NCBI GenBank assembly: GCA_029858305.1
Contig: JAOUFI010000077.1
Location: 1 to 10,586 of the forward strand
Direction: 5' to 3'
DNA length: 10,586 nt
DNA from: Candidatus Thorarchaeota archaeon
GTDB lineage: Archaea; Asgardarchaeota; Thorarchaeia; Thorarchaeales; Thorarchaeaceae
Shown: piece after piece, positions 1-7,975 of the stretch
Layout: each line of letters opens with the position of its first letter
How positions within the stretch are numbered: the stretch's first letter is position 1
Program-made: the position numbers and the translations under genes
Notes under the pieces: generated by a model
Databases searched by the model: none
What the model was told of the DNA's origin: nothing
Seen by the model: the letters and a program-made list of their open reading frames with translations, nothing else

Positions 1-192
1 TGGCATCAGAACGAGATCATCAAAGGATTTGACTTTTCCAGAGATAGTATAAGGCAGACCACAACGAGAATACTGAGAATACTGTTCAGTGTTAAAGAGT
101 GAAATTGCAACTTTTCGATTGAATTTTCGAGCCTGCAATGCAGCGGTTGCACCAGCCGCTCCGCACCCAATTATTGCTATACTCTCAACCAT
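1..192 (-). CDS. FAD-dependent pyridine nucleotide-disulfide oxidoreductase (CoA-disulfide reductase / NADH oxidase family), N-terminal part, runs off the left edge
   Basis: Not in the ORF track. Manual translation from ATG at 192: MVESIAIIGCGAAGATAALQARKFNRKVAISLFNTEQYSQYSRCGLPYTISGKVKSFDDLVLMP. It has the Rossmann GxGxxG FAD-binding motif and the YSRCGLPY motif carrying the single redox-active Cys typical of CoADR/Nox/Npx. Confidence 0.9.
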   Translation of the reverse strand, partial: MVESIAIIGCGAAGATAALQARKFNRKVAISLFNTEQYSQYSRCGLPYTISGKVKSFDDLVLMP

Positions 193-358
193 GATGAGGA
201 CCTCTATGTATCTGAATTCTCACCTACAGTCTCATCATATTTAGACTATTGGTTCTACTAACAGCAAAGCATAGACCCAATAAAAGGATCGACCGACCAT
301 TTCTGAGAAATGCTAAAAGGATTCCTTCTCTGGGCTATGCATAGAGCGGCTCATAAGG

Positions 359-375
359 CTTAATGAAACATTAAG
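359..375. promoter_or_regulatory. Perfect inverted repeat, candidate operator
   Basis: CTTAATG-AAA-CATTAAG (7-bp arms, 3-nt spacer) in the intergenic region upstream of the oxidoreductase. Confidence 0.35.
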
Positions 376-425
376 TGTGGTAAGTAATTCCGCCCCATTT
401 TTCCTGCCCTAAAGCAAGGTCAGAC

Positions 426-1970
426 CTATTCCTCAGATATATTATCTTCACTGTTTTTTTCGTCAAATTCGGACTGTGATTCGAGTTCCTCTGATTCCTC
501 ACTTTTCTCCATGATATCTTCAAAAACATCTTCACTCTGTTCTTCTATGCCTTGTTCTGTAGTGTCTTCAGCAGCTTGTTCAGCTTTGGCTTCTTCTTCA
601 GTAGGCATCCATTTCTTACCGTCGGTCATATCAGCCTCGAACTTCTTAATCTGAGTCTTTCGACTGACATAGAGCGCTATTATTACTGCAAGAGACATGG
701 CTGCTCCAATGACAGTGATTGTTGTCTGAAGCGAACTGGCACTATCGCCAAGCAACTGCTGCCAAGTTATGACGAGAAAAGCAAGACCTGCAATATTCAT
801 CACAAAGGAACGAAGAGGAGTACCAACTTTAACAATCTCAGTGACATTTGTATCAACCATTGCTGCAGCAATGACTCCAGCATTATAGTCAGTCGACTTC
901 GTCTTCTTTGCGAGAGTACGGATACTTGCAGACTTTTTGTTGCCCATCACCTTTAGAGCAATTGGCACCTTGGATGCTAGAAGATCTGCATAGTGAACTC
1001 GCGCATCATCTTGCGTAAAATTACATTTCTTGCACATGTCGAGTTTTTTGTTCCAATCTCTCCGGCACTTGGGACACTTATCAACTTGCCATGCGTCGGG
1101 AGCAGTTTCTCGTAAACGTTGTCTGATGATATACTCGCTTACACCACTGTCCTCGCGCGCGGTATCGTCATCACTCTTCTTTTTCTTACCAAACTTTGTC
1201 ATTCCAGCTAGCATTGAGAAAAGAAGTGGAAGTGCACCAATGACAGTCAAATTAGGAAGGGACTTTAGCTCAGAAGCTTTCTTATGGATCCCACGCAGTT
1301 TGTACGCCGTCTTCAAACCATCGAACAGACTCATGAATCCATTACCGACTCCATAAACTACACCGACTGTCGCAATACCGGTTGAAATACCCGTTACAGA
1401 TGTGATAATATCAATTGGTGCAACAGGGATGCTAAAGTATAATGGCTCGCTACTTAGGACATGTTGCGTAGAATCTCCTTCTATATAATACTTGAAGTCT
1501 ACAGTAGCTTGCAAAATTCCAGTGATTAATTTGAGAGGACCATAGTTGAATAGAGACGCAAAATCGATGTACGCATTAACAACGGGGACAGAAGCAGTAT
1601 GATCCACCCAGATCCAGGTCGAGTTCGTCACAGGTTCAATGATTGTAATGGGGAATATTGCTATGCTTTGATAGTAGAACATGATTGTTCCACTAATATT
1701 GAGGTCTTGCGTACTTGATACATTGATCTGTAGTGTCAGTAACATTGGCCCATCCATATTGAGCACTAAAGGAGCTGCCTGGCTATCTGCATCGATGACA
1801 TTCTGTCCATCTAAGGCAGTATACACATAGAGTGTATCATCGTGAAGAAATTCTTCGGGGTTTACAGGTGGTAGAGCACTTGTTGTTGTCAGAGTAGATC
1901 CGCCAATCAATATCATGAATAATAGTGTCATGAATCCGAAGAAAGCAATTTTTGATGGTGAGCGACGCAT
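426..1970 (-). CDS. Hypothetical multi-pass membrane protein with signal anchor, predicted extracellular beta-rich domain, Cys4 zinc ribbon, possible HTH and acidic tail
   Basis: 514-aa ORF. Basic N-terminus plus hydrophobic stretch (MRRSPSKIAFFGFMTLLFMILIGG). Gly-rich hydrophobic segment (IITSVTGISTGIATVGVVYGVG) and a second hydrophobic segment (VIGALPLLFSMLAG). CPKC-x10-CKKC at 1023..1076. Two C-terminal hydrophobic helices and an E/D-rich tail. Confidence 0.8.
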   Translation of the reverse strand: MRRSPSKIAFFGFMTLLFMILIGGSTLTTTSALPPVNPEEFLHDDTLYVYTALDGQNVIDADSQAAPLVLNMDGPMLLTLQINVSSTQDLNISGTIMFYYQSIAIFPITIIEPVTNSTWIWVDHTASVPVVNAYIDFASLFNYGPLKLITGILQATVDFKYYIEGDSTQHVLSSEPLYFSIPVAPIDIITSVTGISTGIATVGVVYGVGNGFMSLFDGLKTAYKLRGIHKKASELKSLPNLTVIGALPLLFSMLAGMTKFGKKKKSDDDTAREDSGVSEYIIRQRLRETAPDAWQVDKCPKCRRDWNKKLDMCKKCNFTQDDARVHYADLLASKVPIALKVMGNKKSASIRTLAKKTKSTDYNAGVIAAAMVDTNVTEIVKVGTPLRSFVMNIAGLAFLVITWQQLLGDSASSLQTTITVIGAAMSLAVIIALYVSRKTQIKKFEADMTDGKKWMPTEEEAKAEQAAEDTTEQGIEEQSEDVFEDIMEKSEESEELESQSEFDEKNSEDNISEE

Positions 1971-2044
1971 TTTCCTTTTTCATCTCCTGAGAGAACACTT
2001 AGACAACTGCGTAATTATTTACAACTGAAAAGGATTTTGTTGCT

Positions 2045-2458
2045 CTATGTAGGATGAGAAGCAGGCGTAGGCTCTCTTGTGCCGCGCACCATATCTGCTA
2101 CTTTCTTTGCAATGGCGTCAAATCCTTCACTTTTTTTCAAAACACCCTTTGCACCTACTTCTACTGCTTGGCTCATTGAATCTTTGTCAAAATACGCAGT
2201 GAGAAGATGAATATTACCTATTCCCAGTTTTGTGAGCACTCGTGTGCATTCTAGACCACCCATCTCAGGCATTTTCATGTCCATCAGTACAAAATCTGGT
2301 GGATGGCCTTGTCTGATGCAATCTTCTGCTATGGAAACTGCATCTTGACCATTTGCAGCAGTGATAATTTCAAAATCATCGAGGAACTTCTTCAAATATG
2401 CATTCATCACTTCATGAATTGCTTGTTCATCGTCGACAATTAAAATTCGAAGTGTCAT
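2045..2458 (-). CDS. Stand-alone response regulator receiver (CheY-like) protein
   Basis: ILIVDDE acidic pocket, VLMDMKMPEMGG with the phosphoacceptor Asp, conserved Thr (LLTAY) and Lys (GVLKK). No output domain. Confidence 0.93.
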   Translation of the reverse strand: MTLRILIVDDEQAIHEVMNAYLKKFLDDFEIITAANGQDAVSIAEDCIRQGHPPDFVLMDMKMPEMGGLECTRVLTKLGIGNIHLLTAYFDKDSMSQAVEVGAKGVLKKSEGFDAIAKKVADMVRGTREPTPASHPT

Positions 2459-2607
2459 ATCTGATTCCCCACATTATAAACTCAAAAAGCAATAAGCTAG
2501 ACACCTTATCAATAGTGTGTTTAGATGATTTGGCAAGCAATGGGATGGGTCATTCACGAACCTATTTATCCTACTTGACACACGAGTCCAAAAGAGGTGC
2601 TTGCCAT

Positions 2608-3696
2608 ATGGTCTTTACACGAATGCCCTTAGAAATATGGTTCGATGAATATCAGTTTGAGGTCGATTATGATATAGGCGAAAGTGGAATGAAGTTCCAT
2701 TCAGTGAAGGAACTAGGAATTGACCTCAATGAAGTTGAATTGCGCTATGGATATCATCTAGGAAATCCAAATCTCAGAAAGGAGATAGCTAAACAATATA
2801 GAGGAATGACTCACGAAAACGTTGCTGTAACTACAGGTGCAAGTGAAGGTAACTTTGCTGTCATCGGGCATCTTGTTGGCACAAAGGATCATCTAATCGT
2901 TGAACATCCTACATATCCTTCTTTATATCAAATACCTAGGTCTCTTGAGAGAAACCTCACGTTATTCAAATTGACTTGGGATAATGAGTTTAGACCAGAT
3001 ATGGACAAGCTTCGAAAACTTGTCAAGCCAAACACCAAATTGATCACCCTGACTCATCCCAATAATCCTACTGGCTCTGTAATAACCGAGAGTGAATTGA
3101 AAGAAGCAATTGAGATCGCAGAGAATGTTGGAGCATATCTAATGGTTGATGAGACCTACAGGGACATGATGTTTGATAGTCCTCCACCACTAGCCGCGAC
3201 TATGAGCTCTAATGCAATTAGCCTAACAAGTATGTCAAAAACTTGGGGACTTCCAGGGATTCGTATTGGTTGGGTGGTTGCAGATACACCAATCATTGAA
3301 GCGATTCGAGCTGTGCGTGAACAAGTGACAATCTGTAATTCATCCTTGGGTGAAGCAATAGCATTAGCAGTTTTGAAAAAGAAAGAGCCGCTACTTAGAG
3401 GTTTGCGCAAGTCTATGCTGTCCAACTTCAAGATTCTTAAAGGATGGATGGACAATCAAGAGTGGCTAGAATGGATTGAGCCAAAAAGCGGAGTAGTTGG
3501 AGCACCACGTCTTACACGCGGGGGAAGTACTGATGCGCTCTGTACGCTGTTGGTGACAAAATATCGCACTTTTACAGTCCCTGGTTCGCGCATGGAACTT
3601 GATGGGCATCTCCGAATAGGTTTTGGTGGTGAGCACGAGGAGCTTGTCAAAGGACTCGATCAACTTCAGTTGGCTTTGAAAGAAATTCATCAATGA
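2608..3696 (+). CDS. PLP-dependent aminotransferase class I/II
   Basis: Motifs VTTGASEG, EHPTY, THPNNPTG, MVDETY and SMSKTWGLPGIRIG (PLP Lys), plus C-terminal LRIGF. Start moved from 2398 to the in-frame ATG at 2608, which follows an AAGAGGTG RBS (2592..2599) and avoids overlap with the divergent receiver gene. Confidence 0.92.
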   Translation: MVFTRMPLEIWFDEYQFEVDYDIGESGMKFHSVKELGIDLNEVELRYGYHLGNPNLRKEIAKQYRGMTHENVAVTTGASEGNFAVIGHLVGTKDHLIVEHPTYPSLYQIPRSLERNLTLFKLTWDNEFRPDMDKLRKLVKPNTKLITLTHPNNPTGSVITESELKEAIEIAENVGAYLMVDETYRDMMFDSPPPLAATMSSNAISLTSMSKTWGLPGIRIGWVVADTPIIEAIRAVREQVTICNSSLGEAIALAVLKKKEPLLRGLRKSMLSNFKILKGWMDNQEWLEWIEPKSGVVGAPRLTRGGSTDALCTLLVTKYRTFTVPGSRMELDGHLRIGFGGEHEELVKGLDQLQLALKEIHQ

Positions 3697-3755
3697 ATAA
3701 TTGATAGGAGTTCATTAACACTCGTTCAGATGCAAGTCTGGAAGCTGTGTGTCAG

Positions 3756-4247
3756 ATGAAACAATTGAAGGATGCGCTTGAGTACGAATCTGAGATAGGC
3801 TGGACTAATATCATTCATCTGACACCCGATTCTCAAGGAGTAAATGTAAAATTCAGAATATTCAAAAGAGGAGCCACAAGACAGGTGACTTCCAAATCTT
3901 CAGGCAGAAAACACAAAATCGCTACTTTTGAAATTGCAGATTCAACAGCTAGAATCAATCTGGTTCTTTGGAATGACGATATTGACCTGTTAGACAACGA
4001 TGATGACTTTTACCTTCTGAATGGATATGTTACTCTCCATGATGAGTGCATGAGTCTTTCAAAAGGAAGAAATGGTGCAATCAGAAAATCAAGCACATCA
4101 ATTGGGCCTATGAATGACAACATCGATATGAGTCGACCCTTTATTTGGAAACCAAGACGTCGTACTTCTCGTTCGATCACTAGTCGAACTCTAAATGGCT
4201 CATCCGGCCGCGAGGCACGAAGATACACTTCACGGAAGTCCTTTTGA
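3756..4247 (+). CDS. Single OB-fold ssDNA-binding protein (crenarchaeal SSB / hSSB1-NABP-like) with basic Arg/Ser tail
   Basis: LTPDSQGVNVKFRI...IADSTARINLVLWND...NGYVTLHDECMSLSKGRNG matches the simple-SSB OB-fold pattern (D-x-T-G/A-x-I-x-L-x-L-W). The start is either GTG 3747 or ATG 3756. Confidence 0.8.
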   Translation: MKQLKDALEYESEIGWTNIIHLTPDSQGVNVKFRIFKRGATRQVTSKSSGRKHKIATFEIADSTARINLVLWNDDIDLLDNDDDFYLLNGYVTLHDECMSLSKGRNGAIRKSSTSIGPMNDNIDMSRPFIWKPRRRTSRSITSRTLNGSSGREARRYTSRKSF

Positions 4248-4287
4248 GGTTGAATAAGTATAGCACTGAGTGTAGGGTGCTATAAAC

Positions 4288-5187
4288 ATGAGATTGAGGT
4301 TTCGAGAGGATGAAACGCCATATCCTATTGCCATTGTAAAAGGACGCCTAAGACTCAGTGGTCTTACTGACCAAGAAACATCTAGCATCATTGAAGGTTC
4401 TCTGCTGGAAACATCAACACCAGATACTTGGACTGAGGATGACCTTATCAGATCTATTGAAGGCTTGCTCGAAAAACACTCCAGAAAGATCCGAGACAAT
4501 TTCAGGTTATTGACTACTTATGAACAGTTTCGCGGGAAAACAAACTCGACTCCATCACTTATTCTTGCACTTGAAGGCGCGTCAGCAACTGGCAAATCAA
4601 TGCTAGCGATAGAGCTAGTCCAAGATCTTGCAGCTACTCGGTTCATAAGTACTGATACCATTCGACAGGTCCTAAGAGGAGTTTATGACAGACAGAGTCA
4701 TCCAGAGTTGTTTTGTCATACCTATCAAGCTTACAAGCATAAACAGTCAGGTGATTCATCACTTGATCCAATAGTTCGAGGCTACATCGCCCAGTCGGAG
4801 ATGTTAAAGTCACATATTCAAGATTTAGCTAAACGAGTTAATGAAGAAGGAGCGATTTCAGTTTTTGAGGGAGTTCACCTTCGGCCCGGAATACTCAAGG
4901 GCATTAACACAAACGTCCTCGAAATCGTCATCAATCCAACTTTAAACACTCATAGATCAATGTTCCTGAGCAAGCAGAGAGCGGCTAAATTAAGAACTGT
5001 GTCGAATAATCTATCAGTCAGAACTCAAGAATTCGAAGCTACACGAAAAATTCAGGAATACTTGATATCTCAAGCGTTACAAAAAAAGGTACCCATCATT
5101 GAAATGGAAAGCTATGAAGAGGCTAAAAAGGAGATTTATGGACATATCATTAACAGTGTGAAAAGTACTCTTAAGAAAGCCAAATAA
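4288..5187 (+). CDS. 2-phosphoglycerate kinase-like P-loop kinase
   Basis: Degenerate ATP-cone-like N-terminus (TPYPIAIVKGRLRLSGL), Walker A LEGASATGKS, ISTDTIRQVLR, PELFCHTY and FEGVHLRPG. These match archaeal 2PGK-family motifs. The substrate is not established. Confidence 0.8.
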   Translation: MRLRFREDETPYPIAIVKGRLRLSGLTDQETSSIIEGSLLETSTPDTWTEDDLIRSIEGLLEKHSRKIRDNFRLLTTYEQFRGKTNSTPSLILALEGASATGKSMLAIELVQDLAATRFISTDTIRQVLRGVYDRQSHPELFCHTYQAYKHKQSGDSSLDPIVRGYIAQSEMLKSHIQDLAKRVNEEGAISVFEGVHLRPGILKGINTNVLEIVINPTLNTHRSMFLSKQRAAKLRTVSNNLSVRTQEFEATRKIQEYLISQALQKKVPIIEMESYEEAKKEIYGHIINSVKSTLKKAK

Positions 5188-5202
5188 TAGGGTGAATGGG
5201 CT

Positions 5203-6597
5203 ATGAGTTGGAAAAATGATTCACTTGACAGACTCTTTAATCCAGACTCGATTGCAGTGGTAGGTGCTTCAGACAAGCCAGACAAACTTGGAGCTCTTTC
5301 GTTACTAGCACTGCGTACATTTGAAGGCAGTGTTGTACCTGTAAATCCAAGAATCAAATCTATTCAAGGTCAGAAATGTTTCCCAACTGTAGAATCGATA
5401 GGATCTCCTATAGACCTGGCAATTCTTGCAGTTGGACCACAACATGTTTTGCCAGCTTTGGAAGACTGTGCTAGAAGTACCGTAGGAGGAGCAATCATTT
5501 TCTCAGCAGGTTTTAAGGAACTAGGAACTATTGGATTAGAGCATCAAATCCGTGTAAGAGAGCTTGTAGAAGATGCACATATCGCTGTAATTGGACCAAA
5601 CTGTCTTGGAGCAGGCAATCCTGCAATTAATCTTAATGCTACTTTTTTTCCACACCCAACTCCATTGAAAGCTGGTTCAGTTGCGATGGTAAGTCAAAGC
5701 GGAGGAGTCACAGGTCTGATGCTATACCGTGCTTCTGATATCGGACTTGGTGTTTCTAAGTTCGCAAGTGTTGGTAATAGAGTAAATATTGATTTTCATG
5801 ATATGGTGCGTTACTTACGTCATGATCCACTTACTGAAGTCATATGTTTGTTTATTGAAGGGACAGAGTATGGTCGAGAGATGACAAATGAGATAGCAAG
5901 AACAACGCCGGAGAAACCGGTGATTGTTTACAAAGTTGGAAAGACACCAGCTTCTCGAGATGCTGCTCTGAGTCACACTGGTAGTCTTGCAGGAAATGCA
6001 GAACTATACAGCGCTGCAATAAAGCAATCTGGAGGTATTGAGGTGTCTGGAGTGGAGGATATGATAGATTTAGGATATGTAATATCGACATGCAAAAACC
6101 TACCCTCTGGAAACAACGTGGCAATCCTAACACATACTCTCGGTATTGCACTCATTGTGGCACAAACACTCGAAGAGAACGGAGTAAAGTTACCAGTCCC
6201 GACTGAACGAACTGCCAAGTTGATACAAGAAAGTCTCAGAATGCCCTTAGAGTTTCCAATTAAGAATCCTATTGATTTACTAGCAACTGGTTGGGCGAAT
6301 CCAAGAATCTTTGCAGACGCTTTTCGACTTGTTTTGCATGAAAATCAATACAATGCTGTTGTTATCGTCTTCTCCCCTAACTATCAAGAGAGCATCGGAG
6401 GAGGTATGCCGGCGAAGGAAATAGTGGAGATAACTCGAGAGTGTGATAAACCGGTTGTAAGTGTATTAACCTCACCCAATACCCGTAAACCTCCAGGTTA
6501 TGAAATCCTAGAAAAAGGGGGTATCCCATTCTTTGCAAGTCCACAGAGGGCTGCAAGAGCTCTTTCAAATGCAATCAGACTTTCTCAACGAGAATGA
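5203..6597 (+). CDS. acdA: ADP-forming acetate/acyl-CoA ligase alpha subunit (ACD alpha family)
   Basis: LFNPDSIAVVGAS CoA-binding start, IIFSAGFKE, VIGPNCLG, SQSGG, ASVGN, SHTGSLAG with the phosphorylated His, and KNPIDL. GGGTGA RBS just upstream. No ATP-grasp beta domain. Confidence 0.9.
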   Translation: MSWKNDSLDRLFNPDSIAVVGASDKPDKLGALSLLALRTFEGSVVPVNPRIKSIQGQKCFPTVESIGSPIDLAILAVGPQHVLPALEDCARSTVGGAIIFSAGFKELGTIGLEHQIRVRELVEDAHIAVIGPNCLGAGNPAINLNATFFPHPTPLKAGSVAMVSQSGGVTGLMLYRASDIGLGVSKFASVGNRVNIDFHDMVRYLRHDPLTEVICLFIEGTEYGREMTNEIARTTPEKPVIVYKVGKTPASRDAALSHTGSLAGNAELYSAAIKQSGGIEVSGVEDMIDLGYVISTCKNLPSGNNVAILTHTLGIALIVAQTLEENGVKLPVPTERTAKLIQESLRMPLEFPIKNPIDLLATGWANPRIFADAFRLVLHENQYNAVVIVFSPNYQESIGGGMPAKEIVEITRECDKPVVSVLTSPNTRKPPGYEILEKGGIPFFASPQRAARALSNAIRLSQRE

Positions 6598-6600
6598 ATT

Positions 6601-6627
6601 AAAAAAAAACCGCTGCAGGTGCAGCGG
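6601..6627 (-). terminator. Hairpin plus oligo-U terminator downstream of trpB2
   Basis: The minus strand reads CCGCTGC-ACCT-GCAGCGG-TTTTTTTTT (7-bp GC-rich stem, 4-nt loop, 9 U). It lies about 35 nt after the trpB2 stop, between convergent genes. Confidence 0.75.
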
Positions 6628-6661
6628 CGAGAAAACGAAAATGAACCATAATATTACACAC

Positions 6662-7975
6662 TCATGAGGACACTGAGTTTAGAGTCCCATCCAAAAGAGC
6701 GCTGTATGCGGACATGTCAAAGTGTCCGTGACCGGAGAGATTGAACACTATAACGCGTTCCTCATTCCTCTTCTTTGCTTCAAGTGCAATATCGATTGTA
6801 GCTTTAATCGCATGTGCCGACTCAGGAGCAGGGATAATACCCTCAGTCTTTGCAAATAGCGCACCTGCTTCCAGAACTTCAATTTGATTAAATGCGCACG
6901 GCTTGATTCGTCCTTCTTCAGCTAGGGCACTGATTGTAGGGGCTACACCATGATATCTGAGACCTCCTGCATGAATTTTTGGCGGGACAAAATCCGCTCC
7001 AAGTGTGTGCATTTTGAGCTTCGGTGTCATACCAGCAGTGTCCCCAAAATCATACTTGTATTGACCCTTTGAAAGAGATGGGCATGCCTCTGGTTCCACG
7101 GCAATATATTCACAATCTCGAAACCGACTCTCAGCTAAGAATGGATATGTCATCCCAGCAAAGTTGCTCCCGCCACCCACGCACCCGATCATGACATCAG
7201 GTGTTTCTTCAATAGAGGCTAATTGAGCCATAGTTTCTTGACCAATAACTGTCTGGTGAAGGAGTACAAAGTTCAGTACTGATCCTAATGTGTACTTTGT
7301 GTTGGCATTACTGAGAGTGTCCTCTAGAGCCTCACTAATTGCGATTCCAAGAGTGCCTGGATGATCAGGCTGTTCTCGATTGATTTTGCGACCAAACTCT
7401 GTTCTATCAGAAGGACTTGGAACTATCTCTGCACCATATGTTCTCATCAACATGCCACGATATTGTTTCTGCTGATAGCTTATTCGCACCATGTAGATCA
7501 TAGCTTCCATTCCAAAATAGGAACAAGCAAGTGCAACTGCACTTCCCCATTGCCCTGCTCCTGTTTCAGTAGCAAGTCTTTCGATCCCCTCCCTCTGAGC
7601 ATAATACGCCTGAGCGATAGCTGTGTTTAACTTATGACTTCCAGTAGGGGAAACATCTTCTCTTTTGAAGTAGATGCGGCATGGAGTTTTGAGTTTCTGT
7701 TCAAGACCCACAGCCCGTTGAAGAGGTGTTGGTCGTCCTGATCGAATGAGAATTTCTCTCACTTCCTCAGGCATTTTAATCCGTTTTTCTTGTGCCACCT
7801 CTTGTTTTACGCATTCCTCTGGAAACAAAGCAAGTAATGCTTCTGGTCCAATAGGTTCCTCTGTTGCGGGATTCAATGGTGGAGGAAGTGGATTATCCAA
7901 GTGTGGCAGTATGTTCACATAGTGAGTAGGCGTTTCTTCTATGTCTAAGAGTATTCTTGTTTTGGATCGATTCAA
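6662..7975 (-). CDS. trpB2: TrpB2 (stand-alone tryptophan synthase beta-like PLP enzyme)
   Basis: N-terminal extension [18 protein letters not shown] (PLP Lys), [59 protein letters not shown] and NLSGHGHFD are TrpB2 hallmarks. TTG start with an AAGGAG RBS at 7985..7990. Confidence 0.96.
   Translation of the reverse strand: MNRSKTRILLDIEETPTHYVNILPHLDNPLPPPLNPATEEPIGPEALLALFPEECVKQEVAQEKRIKMPEEVREILIRSGRPTPLQRAVGLEQKLKTPCRIYFKREDVSPTGSHKLNTAIAQAYYAQREGIERLATETGAGQWGSAVALACSYFGMEAMIYMVRISYQQKQYRGMLMRTYGAEIVPSPSDRTEFGRKINREQPDHPGTLGIAISEALEDTLSNANTKYTLGSVLNFVLLHQTVIGQETMAQLASIEETPDVMIGCVGGGSNFAGMTYPFLAESRFRDCEYIAVEPEACPSLSKGQYKYDFGDTAGMTPKLKMHTLGADFVPPKIHAGGLRYHGVAPTISALAEEGRIKPCAFNQIEVLEAGALFAKTEGIIPAPESAHAIKATIDIALEAKKRNEERVIVFNLSGHGHFDMSAYSALLDGTLNSVSS

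Noticed and set aside
66-84. Tandem 9-mer GAGAATACT x2
   Set aside because: Only two copies, in frame within the CDS (QYSQYS). Not an array.
191-215. ATGATGA...CTGA on the plus strand, resembling C and D' boxes of a C/D guide RNA
   Set aside because: No terminal D box at the expected distance, and it overlaps the oxidoreductase start on the other strand.
395-420. CTTTAGGGCAGG on the minus strand, resembling the start of an FMN riboswitch upstream of a flavoprotein gene
   Set aside because: The remaining conserved FMN riboswitch segments are not present.
2398-2607. 70-aa N-terminal extension of the aminotransferase given by the ORF track
   Set aside because: It overlaps the divergent receiver gene and has no family resemblance. 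A good RBS precedes the ATG at 2608.
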